A stretch of DNA of 64,000 bases from assembly GCF_018350175.1 (NCBI RefSeq), contig NC_058368.1, positions 105,464,001 through 105,528,000 of the forward strand, in the 5' to 3' direction. Shown here piece by piece: positions 1-12,055 of this stretch (positions are counted from its first letter, which is position 1; each line of letters opens with the position of its first letter). A program made the translations under genes and the position numbers. A model generated the notes under the pieces. It was not told the DNA's origin. It saw only the letters and a program-made list of their open reading frames with translations, and did not search any database. Origin of the DNA: Felis catus. Taxonomy: Eukaryota.

Positions 1-700
1 TTCAGCAAATATCTGAAGAGATGGTAAAGAACCTTAAAAATAATGCCATTCTTGGTACAACCACTTCACTTGGACAAGACTTTGTCATTCATGGTTTCTA
101 TCTTCTATAGATATATGGTGATCTATCAAAGGTAAAAAACATACCTTGTGAACCAGCAATATTGTCCTAAATATAGACCCTACAAAAACTTAGACACATA
201 TTCACCATGGCGTGTAGAGTAAAATGTTCACAGAGCAATGTTCACAACAGCAAAAATGCCAAAAATGAACCCGGAAACCACCAAAATATTCATGAACAGC
301 AGAATGGCTCCATCAATTGTGGTATATCCATCCAAGCTAATACTACAATGTTGTGAAAATAAATGCACAACACATACAACAACATGAATCAACTGCACAA
401 ACAGATGCTAAGATGAGGCAAGACACAAAAAAGCCCCTGCAGTATGAATCCATTTATATTGTTTGGGGATGCATATGTATCCAAAAAAGCAAGGAAATGA
501 CTCTCACTCTACGTGGAAGTAGGACAAAAGGGTTGTGATCTGGAAGGGACATACTTGGGGGTTTCTGGGGAATGGGCAATGTTATGTTTCATGACTTAGA
601 TGGTGACTTATACAGATAACTTGCTTCGTAACTTTTATCAAAATGTATGTATGTCTTCAACGCTTCCCTATATATGTGTTATATTTCATAAGAAAAACTG
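1..700 (+). mobile_element. Old L1M(E-like) 3' fragment
   Basis: Motifs such as 'aatgttcacagagcaatgttcacaacagcaaaa' and 'attgtggtatatccat' resemble an L1 3' end. Confidence 0.6.
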
Positions 701-1041
701 CAAAAATAACACAAAGCGTTCCAAACTATTCTGCATCAAAACTATGGTTCACACAGACCAACAATGATTCCAAAGGATATCTTATGCTAGTTGCCAAGGA
801 GTCAAAGGCTTGCAGAATGAATTCTAAGGTTTAGGCATTTATAATCCCAAAATAAAGTACAGAGAAACTGAATATGAAAATGTGTTCAAACCATCACAAT
901 AAAAATCAGTACCAGTACTAAGAACAGATTCTGCATTTAGATGAGAATATAGAATTTCTGATTCCTTCTTCATGATTAGATCTTTAATATTCATTCCTAA
1001 ATCAGATATAGGTCATTCTTTTTCAAGATACTATATTTCCT

Positions 1042-1249
1042 GGGGCGCCTGGGTGGCTCAGTCAGTTGAGTGTCCAGCTTCAGCCCAGGTCATGATCTCG
1101 CGGTTTGTGAGTTCAAGCCCTGCATCGCGCTCTGTGCTGACAGCTCAGAGCCTGGAGCCTGCTTCAGATTCTGCGTCTCCCTCTCTCTTTCTGGCCCTCC
1201 CCCCTTCATGCTCGGTCTCTCTCTGTCTCAAAAATAGACATAAAAAAAA
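1042..1249 (+). mobile_element. CanSINE (felid SINEC type)
   Basis: GGGGCGCCTGGGTGGCTCAG head, CT-rich tract, A tail, near-perfect TSD aagatacta(t)atttcct. Confidence 0.92.
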
Positions 1250-1324
1250 GATACTAATTTCCTGATGAATTTACTTCATAAATTGCAAATCCACTTAAAC
1301 ACTCATACTAATGTATACTTCCAG

Positions 1325-1520
1325 AGGACATGGGTGGCTCAGTCAGCTGAACGTGTTTGACTCTGGATTTCTGCTCAGGTCATGATCTCACAGTTCACAG
1401 GTTCCAGCCCTGTATCAGGTTCCACGCTTACAGTGTGGAGCTGGCTTGGGATTCTCTCTCTCCCCCTTTTCTCTGCCCCTCCCCTGCTCTTTCTAAAAAT
1501 AAGTAAATACACTTTATAAA
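1325..1520 (+). mobile_element. Older CanSINE
   Basis: Diverged head gggtggctcagtcag, 'caggtcatgatctc', CT tract and tail. Confidence 0.85.
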
Positions 1521-2035
1521 AATTATAATAATATATCCTTCATTATTGCTCATATTCACCTAAACTGCACAGAAAGAATCTGAGAGCTGAACAAAAGAAC
1601 TATATGAAACATGCCCAGAGAATTAAACTCATCTGGTTAAAAAAAAATCTCTTTTCAACTCACACATCATATTCAAGTATGTGGTAGTAGAGATGGTGGA
1701 GGAGGAAGACAAGATCTGAAGTGCTATGGCATGCACACGTGCACGCATATACACCATTTTGTAAGGGGAAAACTCCTTCAAAATGTTAGCTATGTGTTAA
1801 TTTTCACTTGATGTTTCTAGGTACATCTTCGGTTCCGTATTCAATATAACCACCATTTTAATACTAGTATTAAGATGTTTTATAGCCCTTTAAAATGCAT
1901 GTGTCTACCCACTAGCAGGACTCCTCATAGAAAATATCAGAACTCCACAGGTTTTGGCTGGTCACATGAATGCCGAGTAAAAGTTATTTCCCAACCTGCT
2001 ATGCATAGTGAAGTGCCTAAATCTTGGTCAACAGG

Positions 2036-2036
2036 A

Positions 2037-2068
<32 letters not shown>

Positions 2069-2098
2069 CGCATGTGCGCGTGCATGTGTACATGTGTG
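2036..2098. repeat. (TG)n/(CG) microsatellite
   Basis: Alternating purine-pyrimidine run. Confidence 0.9.
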
Positions 2099-2729
2099 AT
2101 GCTAAGAAGTTGGTTATTTTCCACTCTCTAGTTCCCCCTTTCCACTGACTGGAAAGTAGCAACAAGTGAAGCAAGTGCCTCTGCCCCAGAGATGAGAGCC
2201 TCCTTCCTGGTAAGAATGGCAGAGCTGCCTGACAAGCTTGAGACATATCGTTTCTGGAATGTTGTCTGAGTAAAAGATATGTATCTTACTTAAACATTGA
2301 AATTTGAGGATACTGTTAAAGTTGATTCTAACATAAAAGCCTAAGTACTCAAGGTAAATTATTTGTAGAAAATTGTTAAACCATTGCCTCATCCTAAAGC
2401 ACAAATAAATGTTGTAAGAGTTAAGGGATTAAAAATAAAACCATAAATTGAAACATATAAACATATTAATTTTATGTACATGAGCCCATGATGGCAAAGA
2501 CCTGTCTAAACATTACATCAAAGGCAAAATCACAGAGAAAATGGTTGAGATACTTAACGGCAATACATTTTTAAAATAACTGAATGTCAACACTACATGA
2601 ACAAAATTATAATGCAACTGAAAAATGAAAGAGAATCAATTTAGTTTAAGGCTTATGCACGTGATACATAAAAAGTTCTTAAAATCGATTAGTAAAACAC
2701 ATCAGTAAAATGGCAAAGAACATTGTATA

Positions 2730-3230
2730 AATACTGATTCTTGGTTGCAAGTCATAGGAACCAACCATGGTTAACGTAAAGTGAATTATGTGTAAATTAT
2801 GGGAAGTCTAAAAGGAAGGACCAGATTTAGAAAGGACAACAGAAGTAGTTTAGGAGGGTTTTGGCAGCATGAACTACTATGCAGTTTTCCCTGAATGCTG
2901 CCACTGGAATGAATGGGCAGGTCTCTGGAAGCAGGCAGAAATGGAAGATGGCATAGAGAAGGTTGGCTGGGAAGTGCTCTCAGGAGATACACCCTCAATC
3001 AAATGAGGAAGGCAGGACTGGGCAGAGGGAGAAGCAGACGCACAGTGAGGATGCAGCTGAAGTCTCAGCCAGTCCTACAGGGTGCTCATTAGAGTCCCAA
3101 ATAGAATGGTGGCCTTAGTACTGTCCCTTTAGCTAGTGCGGCCTTGGACTTTGGACTGCTCCCAGGCAAGGCAGTTCTCTCCAGAGGGAAGCACTGAGGC
3201 ATGAGCAGCTAATAGTCCTAGCAACTGGAC
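2730..3230. mobile_element. Ancient MaLR (MLT1-like) LTR remnants
   Basis: 'ttcttggttgcaagt' and 'gaaggcaggactgggcagagggagaag' resemble MLT1H-N motifs. Confidence 0.45.
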
Positions 3231-4736
3231 TTATTTTCTGACTTTGCATCATTCAAAAGTCAAAACTCTTGGGAGAGCCAGATGGTACATTTGTTAATGT
3301 GCTCACAATTGGCTGGGGTAGGCAAGGTCCTTGAATATTATATCCTTCAAAACTGCACAGAGCAGTCATTCCCATACCCTGCAAAAAAAAAAAAAATGTA
3401 TTTATATGCTATTACCACAAAAATGCAGGATGGAAGCCAGACTTCCAGGATACATCAACAGTCTACTATAGATATCAAGAGGCAATTCAGATATATGTAT
3501 ATAAGATTAATAAACTTTAACAAGTTCACCCTCACCAGCAATCAATGATCTGAAAATTAAACCATTTTTTGCTAATCAGATTGACAAAGATAAGAAGATT
3601 CTTCTCAGAATTTGTAAGGGTGGAGGGAAACAGGCACTCAAGTAGAATGCTGATAGAAAAATACACTGATAAAAGCTTTGGAAAATCAATTTTGGATTGT
3701 ATGCCAGAAGCTTTAAAAATACACATACCTTGCAATTTCACTTCTAGGAATTTATCCTAAGGAAATAATAATCAATTTTGAAGAAAGACGTATGCACAAA
3801 GCAATTCAGTATTGTTTGTTATATTCATAAAGGAAGGAAATAAACATTCAAAAAAAGGATAGATTCAGTAAATTATGATAAATTCAAATGAAGAAATATT
3901 ATGAAGCCATTAGGAATAATACAGTTGCAAGATATTTATATATACAGAAAGATATTCACATAATTGGTAAGTTTTAAAAATTACAAAAGACATAAAAATT
4001 GTTTAAAACCAAAAGGTAAATGTTGTATTAGGGTGATGCATTACAAGTATATTTCTTCTATATTTCCTATGACTTCTATATTAAACACATTACTTTTATA
4101 ATTAGGAAAATGTCTAATTAATGGACCTCATAAATATGAAATTTTTAATTTACATTCCAAAATTTCATGTCTTTGGAAATTGGTGGAAATAGAAGTATAC
4201 TTTCAGTTCAAATTTCTTAAAAAACTGAAAACATTTTTTGACCAATCAAAAGAGTTGACATTTGGTGCCAGATCTGAAGTATGATGTGAAAGCCCAGTTT
4301 CAAGTAAAAACAATTACTTCAACTATAAAAATATGTCTTTACCTTTACAATCATCAGTTGTTTTTTTAACTGGAATATTGAACCTAATAGTTTTGGCCTA
4401 CATTTAAAGGAAGATTAAATTACTTGGAAAGGGCCCAGAGAAAAGTAATAAAAATAATTATGTACTCAAATATTGGGCTCTATAATGACATGTAAGAGGA
4501 AATCATTTAGAAAATAAAACAAAAAGTAACCTTACATTTCATGGGTTACCATAACACCTGAAGAATAGGACAAGAGGCAAAAACTCTGAATTATTAGAAG
4601 AATAATTTAGTTTAGCCATTAGGAAGAATGTCCTGTTCTTAAATAATATATTTGAGTGTGTATTACATGTCTAATATTATGGCTGTAAGAACTTGGAATC
4701 GTTAAAATATGTTACTAAAGAAAAAAACGTTTTTTG

Positions 4737-4840
4737 GGGGGGGTCTGGCTGACTCAGTCAGTGGAGCATGTGACTCTTGATCTCATGGTTGTCAGTTCAA
4801 GCCCCATGTTGGGTATAGATTAAACATTTTTTTAAAAAAG
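4737..4840 (+). mobile_element. Short tRNA-derived CanSINE
   Basis: gctgactcagtcagtggagcatgtgactcttgatctcatggttgtcagttcaagccccatgttggg, with A/B-box-like motifs. Confidence 0.8.
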
Positions 4841-4843
4841 TGT

Positions 4844-4846
<3 letters not shown>

Positions 4847-4889
<43 letters not shown>
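4847..4889. repeat. (TG)n microsatellite
   Basis: About 21 perfect TG units. Confidence 0.95.
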
Positions 4890-4893
<4 letters not shown>

Positions 4894-4959
4894 GTAGAAT
4901 AACTATTCTATTTTTCAAAGTAGGGGCTTGCTACATAATCCTTAAGATCCCTTCCATGA

Positions 4960-5195
4960 TTGTTTTTAAGATTTTTAATAATTTATTTATTGTGAGTGGG
5001 GGAGGGGCAGAGAAAGGGAGGAAGGGAGGAAGGGAGGGAGAGAGGGAGAGAGGGAGAGAGGGAGAGAGGGAGAGAGGGAGAGACTCCACACCCAGGGCAG
5101 AACCTGATGTGGGGCTCAATCTCACACTGTGAGATTATGGCCTGAGCTAAAATCAAGAGTTGGACACTAAAGTGACTGAGCCATCCAAGCACCCG
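4960..5195 (-). mobile_element. CanSINE with expanded (GAGAGG)-type tract
   Basis: Reverse-complement head ...tgagccatccaagcaccc and tttatttatt tail. Confidence 0.85.
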
Positions 5196-5337
5196 GAGTT
5201 CCCTTCCATGTTTATGGTCTTAGATTTCAGGCATCCTAAACAATTATAAAAACATATCTCAATTATGCTTACAGTTTTTTGAAAATGAAATGGATTAATC
5301 ATTAATGAATAGAAGATAAAAAATTAGACATTTTTCA

Positions 5338-5544
5338 GGGGCGCCTGGGTGGCGCAGTCGGTTAAGCGTCCGACTTCAGCCAGGTCACGATCTCGCGGTC
5401 CAGGAGTTCGAGCCCCGCGTCAGGCTCTGGGCTGATGGCTCAGAGCCTGGAGCCTGCTTCCGATTCTGTGTCTCCCTCTCTCTCTGCGCCTCCCCCATTC
5501 ATGCTCTGTCTCTCTCTGTCCCAAAAATAAATAAACATTGAAAA
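5338..5544 (+). mobile_element. Young SINEC_Fc
   Basis: CpG-intact body; perfect 19-nt TSD aaaaattagacatttttca (5319-5337 and 5545-5563). Confidence 0.95.
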
Positions 5545-5659
5545 AAAAATTAGACATTTTTCATTAAAAATGAAGGGAATATAGATATGGAATTTAGTTA
5601 TGGGATACATTATAATATTTGACTCCATGGGAGGGGAGGCAATTAAACTAAATAACAAG

Positions 5660-6112
5660 GTTGTTTTTTTTGTTTTTGTTTTTTGTTTTTTTTTTGAGAG
5701 ACAGATGGGAAGAGAGGTGGAAGGAGGGGCAGAGGGAGAGGGAGAAAAAGAATCTTAAGCAGGCTCCAGGCTCAGGATGGAGCCCCAGCTGGGGCTTGAT
5801 TCCACGACCACAAGATCATGACCTGAACCAAAATCAAGAGTCAGACACTCAATAACTGAGCCACCCAGGCACCTCTAGGTGTGTATTTTTTTAAAAATGT
5901 TTATTTATTTTTGGGAGAGAGCGAAAGAGAGAGAGCAAGAGCATGGGCACATGCACCACAGGGGAGGGGCGGAGAGAGAGAGGGAGGCAGAGGATGTGAA
6001 ACAGGCCCTGTGCAGCAAGCCTGACGTGGGGCTTGAACTCAAAAATCTCAAGACCTTGACCTGAGCTGAAGTTGGGCGCTCAACCAACTGAACCATCCAG
6101 GCTGCACCCCCC
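5660..6112 (-). mobile_element. Two consecutive minus-strand CanSINEs (~5660-5875 and ~5885-6112)
   Basis: Two T-rich tails and two reverse heads (gccacccaggcacc; ccatccaggctgcacccc). Confidence 0.85.
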
Positions 6113-6412
6113 TGCCCCCGCACTGTGTGTATTTTTTAAGCGTTGGTGTGTAATGCTATTAAATTCTATTATTTTGAAAGTATAGTAAACACAGTGAATA
6201 CAGACAAAACATCACTATAGCATACTTTAGTAATATATTTAGTTTACAATGGTTTTAGTAACAGTTAGTTTTAAAAGGGCCCACCCAGTAGGAGGAAAAA
6301 ATGGACTTAAGGTGAATACAGGATAAATCCTCAGCCTAGGGTGTTATTCCATCTTTCAAATAAGTGGCAGCAAAATGTTACTAACAAATGCTTTAAAACT
6401 ATACAAACTCTG

Positions 6413-6655
6413 AGGGCGCCTGGGTGGCTCAGTCGGTTAAGCGTTAAGAAGTTAAGCTTTAAGACTTCAGCTCATGTTAGGATCTCACAGCTCGTGATTT
6501 TGTGCCCTGGGTTGGGCTCTGTGCTGACAGCTCAGAGCCTGGAGCCTGCTTCAGATTCTGTCTCCCTCTCTCTGCCCCTGCCACACTCAAGCTCTGTCTC
6601 TCTCTCTCCTTCAAAAATAAATAAACATTAAAAAATAAATAAATAAATAAACTAA
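6413..6655 (+). mobile_element. CanSINE with internal TTAAG duplications
   Basis: gggcgcctgggtggctcagtcggttaag head and (AAAT)n tail. Confidence 0.9.
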
Positions 6656-6789
6656 AAATCACTTAAATGCCTCCCAAAAACAAAATTTTAAAAATAAACA
6701 GGACACATCCATAAAAAAAAGATGCAATTTAAAAGTTTCAACTTACTACTGTTTCTTATTTTTGAACGAAATATTTAATGTTTGTATAT

Positions 6790-7020
6790 AGTAGGGCTTA
6801 CCATGTGTCTGGCACTGTTCTAAGCACCATACAGGTAGCAATTAATGTAATCCTCATAAGTCTAGGAGATAGCTACCATTATTATCCCTATTTACAAAGG
6901 AGAAATCTGAGGCACAGGGGTCACACTAGCCCAAGTCACACGACAAGGTGCGCTTGAAGCTAAGAGTCAAATCCAAAGTTTGGCTAAGAGCATGCTTGTA
7001 ACCACTACACTATTCTGTAA
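6790..7020 (-). mobile_element. MIR
   Basis: MIR-core-like 'ggcactgttctaagcac...attatccctatttacaaaggagaaatctgaggcacag'. Confidence 0.75.
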
Positions 7021-8249
7021 AAGTATTTCCTTCATATATTACTATTTGGTAACAATTTTGAACTTCAAAGTTTGCAAATGTTCACCACCTGCAGAGTTAT
7101 AAGTATTAAAAGTAAATCAGTACAGAGAGAAAAATAACTTTTTCAATACAAAATTTGAGTGAAAGGGATTTCCTTGATTAGTTTTATGACAAATACATGT
7201 ATTCATTGGTGGAAATGGGGAATGAAAAAAAGATTTTGATTTTATTTTAAATGTGTTACAGGCTTATAGCTGGGATAAGATTTAAACTCAATAAAACCTT
7301 GAGCTCTCTTTTTAGAAAGATATAACTTACAAATATAAATTTTTAAATAAGAATGTGATTGGGACTTGAGTAAGAAAACAAAATTATGACATTTACAGCA
7401 TAAACAAGCTTCTCTAGGGTAACTTTTTTTCCCCATAATAGGATAATTACTTTATTTGTCAAGAGAAATACCACTGGCCTAATCTGTATGCAGAATGACA
7501 GCCAGTAAGAAAGAAAAACCAATAACCACGTAGAATGTGAGGACACACAATATATTCAAGTAAAACCCACTGTAAAAAAAAAAAAAAGAAAGAAAAAAGG
7601 CCGATTTCAAAGGCTCCACATGGCTTTGTATCTCACATATTCTAAAGCTGCAGGTATGAAGAGTTGTAGGTCTAACATAATCTATGCCTCCTTGTAGATT
7701 TTTTGCATTTGTTAACTGAGAGGCTTGGAATAATAACCTAAGTCTCTTCTCGTCCTAAAATTCTAAGTATATTCACTACACACTAGCAAATACATTGCAC
7801 ATACAAATGCCACAGGCTAACTTTCTGACAAAAGGGGAAAATGAGCAAAACGATTGGAGTACTCCCTCATGGCACTTGACAAGCAGTCTGTTCTCCTGAT
7901 GGTTAGTCTCTAAATTGACACACGGTAAATCTAATAAACAAATGTTGTATCCTGACAGTGTTTCTACAAGTTTCACATGCACAGTTTGATTACATCTCCT
8001 GGAACCCTTGCTCCCCACCATTACCCTCCCATTATGTTGGCTAATACATGGCACTAAATTCAATCTGTTACTACTTTTCACCTGTCTCCATCTCTTGGCC
8101 CAGTTTAATACAGATAATCTTACTTTAAGAATGACTTCATCTGGTTTTCTTTTCAACTTTCAGGCCTCTCCTCCTTTTTATCTAGTCTTTACATGTTGAA
8201 ATTACACAAGGCTGGACTCTAGGCCTTCTTTTGAGCCCTATTATATCTA

Positions 8250-8445
8250 CGTTGTTCAATATGGTAGCTACTAGTTCAGGGGGCTACTTAAGAAATTCAA
8301 TAAAATTAAATTAAATATTCAGTTCCTCAGGTGCACTAGGCATTTCAAGTGCTCAAGAGCCACAAGTGGCTCATGGTTACTATACTGGGCAGCAGTGATA
8401 TAGAACATTTCTATCACTGCAGAAAGTTCTGTTGTACAGTGTTGC
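8250..8445. mobile_element. MER3/MER33-like hAT-Charlie DNA transposon fossil
   Basis: 'tattcagttcctcag...catttcaagtgctcaa..gccacaagtggct...tagaacatttctatcactgcagaaagttct'. Confidence 0.75.
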
Positions 8446-8849
8446 TCTACACCATCTCCCTAAGTGATCTTATTTGTGTCCATGGGGTCTACTTGCAGAA
8501 GATCCCCACATCTGTACTCTGTCATACAAACTTTTCCTATGAGCCCAAAACCCATGTAGCCAAATACTTTTCCATTTAGATGTTTCAAAAGTATCTCAGC
8601 CACAATATGCTCTAGACCAAATTTCTCATAGTCATCTCCAAACCTAGTTTTAGAATGTTCATTTCCTCACTCATGTCACCATCATCTAACCCCAGGTACA
8701 CAAAGTTAGAAAATGCATACTTTATTCTCTTTCATTCCTTAAACCCATTTCTAAGTCCTGTTAAGTACCTCTCAAATTTTCCCCTTCGTCATCTCCCGTG
8801 CATCCCACACAATCCAAACGAGCAAAGCTTGATTAGTGAAGACATCTCC

Positions 8850-9060
8850 CTGAATTCAAATATGCATTTTGGCTGAGTGACCTCAGACAAGTTACTTAAC
8901 CATTTTTTTTCCCTTAAGCAAGTTTTTCATCTGTAAAATGGGGGCAATGCTAGGATTTTCTTCATAGTGTTGCTGTAAGAATGAAATAAGATTATGAATG
9001 CAGAGTTGAGCACAGAATCTAGGACAAGTTCCGTATAAACGTTAGCTAGTGGTACTGCTA
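8850..9060 (+). mobile_element. MIR
   Basis: 'gtgacctcagacaagttacttaacc...tcatctgtaaaatggggg'. Confidence 0.75.
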
Positions 9061-9934
9061 TCATTTTCTGCCTAGATTACTGAAATTGTATCCTTTCTTA
9101 TTCTTGCCCCTCTCCACAATCTTCTGCCACAAAATCACTAGAGAGACTTTTAATAAATTTAAATCTGGTCATGTCGCCCTCTGCCTCCCTGGAAACCCCT
9201 TAATGGTTGTATAGGGCTTTTAGAATAGAGTCATCTCTTATCACTCTTGTCTCTTAATCTCCATGCTTTAACCAAACTGGCCTCAAGCTCCTTAGGCCAC
9301 GTTGAGTCCGTGAGGGCTTTTGCCCACAATATTACTCTTTTTTGAACCCCTCCCCCCACTCCTGCAAGTTCTCACCCTTCAGACCTCAGCTGAAAAGTCA
9401 CTTCCTCCCTCACTAAGTCTGGCCCCCGTATTTTGCATTCTCATTGTACTATGTTCCTCTCTGTCCTAGAACTTCTCAGCTTGCAATTACACATTTCTAT
9501 GAGTGACTACTATGAATTGCTATACATGTATTTGTTTCCTCCAATGGATATCTCAGACTGAGCTCCCGATATGCCTCCTACCCAACCCTGCTCTATTCAC
9601 CATTTCCTCCATCTCAGAAAATAACAACGTGATTCTTTCAGTTGCTCAGGCCAAAGGTGGATTCCCTTTCACCCTCCACATCTACCAAAAAATTCTATTG
9701 CTTCCCTAATTCAACCACTTCCCTCCCACCCCCATTTTCACTACTACCCATTATGGCCAAGCCATACCATCACCTCTTGGATTGCTGAGTTGCCTCTTAA
9801 CATCTCCTTGTTTCTTTCTTTGGCCCCACCACTTACCTTCTTGTATATTTACAAGGCAGTTAGGTTCATGTCTTAAATATATGTCAAATCATGTCATTCC
9901 TCAACTCAGACACTCTAATAACTTGCCACAGGAA

Positions 9935-10290
9935 CTAAAGTGACCTTCCCACCCAAATCCATATGTGAGAGCCCTAATTCAGCTAACTGTATTGGAGATA
10001 GTGCCTTTTGAAAATGATTAAAATTAAATGAGGTCATAAAGGTGGAGCACTGATTAGATGAAAATGGTCCCCTTATAGGAAGAGACACCAGAGTTCTCTA
10101 TCCACCAAGTGAGGACACAGTGAAAAGACTGTAAGGTCTGTAAGCCAGGAAGAAAGCCCTTACCAGAAGCTGCCCATACTAGCACCCTGATCCTAGACTT
10201 TCTAGCTTCCAGAACTGTAAGGAAATAAATTTCTGTTATTTAAGCAACCCAATCTATGGTACTGTGTTATGCCAGTCCAAACCAATATAC
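9935..10290 (+). mobile_element. MaLR solo LTR (MLT1A-C/MST-like) inside L2 sequence
   Basis: 'aaatgaggtcataaaggtgg', 'caccctgatcctagactttctagcttccagaactgtaaggaaataaatttctgttatttaagc...tatggtac'. Confidence 0.8.
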
Positions 10291-11671
10291 CATCTCACTC
10301 AAATTAAAAGCCAAAGTCCTTCCAAGAGCCAATGGGGGGGGGGGGAGGGGTCCATTCTGGTCTATCCTGCTTCCAACCCCTAAACTCTCCAACACAATTG
10401 CCTTTGATTCTTCCCATCCCTTCAAACAGCTTTTGCCACACTGGGCTGTATCTAATTCCATGAACATGTCAGGAATAGTCTCACCTTTCGGTCTTTGCTT
10501 TTCTTCTCCCTGCAACAGTATTTCCCCAAATATACATAGAACTCCATCATTCACATGTCGCCTTCTCAGTGGGGCCCTTCCATGACAAATTTTGCCACCT
10601 CCATCTCACACACATATCCCATTCTCCTTCCTCTGCACTCGCTACTCGCTTGCTATACGTTTTATCTATTTGTCTTTACTGCCTCTCTCTCTCCCAAGGG
10701 AGACTACGATTTCCATGAGAAGCGACTGTCTGCTTTGCTCACTGTCACACCCTCAAAATACGGAGCACCGCATAGTAGGTGCTTACCATTTGTTCAGCTC
10801 AATGAATAAGGAATCCCAAGAGCTACCAAATTAGCATCCCTACCACACAGATCTGCTACTAAGGCAGCCATGCCCTTGTAGAAACTGCACAGCTTTAAGG
10901 ACTGCCTGATTTTTCTGGCCTCTTCTGGTTTTCTCCTACTATCGCTAAAGCTCAAGAAGGACTTTAAAAACTGTGGCTACAGGATTCAAAAGTGGTTCCT
11001 TCCTGTCTCCATTTTTTACAACAGAAATAATAAATGTAGAAGAAAAGGTGCAAAGGTCAGATAAGATCATGGGTATCACAATTTCTTGAAAGCTCCCTGG
11101 TTGCCAACTTTCTTCACAGCATTTCCAAAGAACCCTGCAAGCTCCACGGCTCTTTGGTCATGTTTTCAGGGTTCAGCGAAGGATGGTGTTTATCCCCAGA
11201 GATAAAATTTTAAATACACAAGCATAAATAAAAGACAGGGGATCGAAGAAACCATTCGTTGCTGTTAGCTGCTTTTACGTGGGGCTGGGGATAGAATTTA
11301 GGTTAAAAATAGATTCTGCTGCTAAGAAAGTTGCAAAATCACGATATTCCTGTACATTTCACAGAAGAGAAACCAGGCTTGCGGAGGAGAGGAGGAAAAC
11401 AGGAATTCCTCACAACCTAAACCAAGCCCAAAGTTCCCGGTGAGCGCTCCACGGTTAGTCACTGCTCTACAGTTAGTTACTTCTGTGTATTCACTTCCGA
11501 GCTGAGCTTCCTTTTCTTTCTGGAAATGCCTCAAGTTAAGAATCGCCTCGAAACGGTAACGTATCACCACTAAGCTCCCTTCTCACCTTCAAACATCACA
11601 GCTTTTAAAATAAAGGTGTCATCGAAGCGTGGACACACCCACTGCATCTCCACTGGAATGAGTTTCTGGTT

Positions 11672-11679
11672 ATGCAAAT
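11672..11679 (+). promoter_or_regulatory. Consensus octamer ATGCAAAT (POU site) at the island edge
   Basis: Exact consensus match; function unverified. Confidence 0.35.
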
Positions 11680-11952
11680 CTAACGCGGCCAGGCGGGGAG
11701 TCGACCGCCTCAAAAGCTGCACAGAGGAAATCCTGCCTCCCCCTAAGGCTCAGGCCTGGGGTGAGGGCCGGCAGTCGCGGCGGGCCGGAGCAGCGAGCGG
11801 ACCTCGCCTCGGGGCGCCCCTCGGCGGCCACTCCGGAAGCACCTGCGGGCCCGACGGGAAAGCCCCCGGCATCACCCACGGGAGCGGGGGGCGGCCGGCA
11901 GCTCTAGCACCGCCTCGGGTACCACACGCCTGAGGTGAAGCGGCCCTGCCGC

Positions 11953-11964
11953 ATCTCGCGAGAT
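11953..11964. promoter_or_regulatory. TCTCGCGAGA palindrome (CGCG element; BANP/ZBTB33-associated motif)
   Basis: Perfect 12-bp palindrome ATCTCGCGAGAT inside the CpG island. Confidence 0.7.
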
Positions 11965-12012
11965 CTCGCCGGCGCAGCCCAAGTACTGCGAGCTCAGAAC
12001 TTAAAAAAAAAA

Positions 12013-12055
12013 AGAGAGACAGAGAGAGAGAGAGAAATCGAAGAGAGAGAGAGAG
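12013..12055. repeat. Interrupted (GA)n tract after a poly-A run in the CpG island
   Basis: A-run followed by gagagacagagagagagagagaaatcgaagagagagagagag. Confidence 0.85.

Noticed and set aside
4737..4840. tRNA-like sequences here, at ~42325 and at ~45835
   Set aside because: Diverged tRNA-derived CanSINE heads with tails, not intact tRNA genes.
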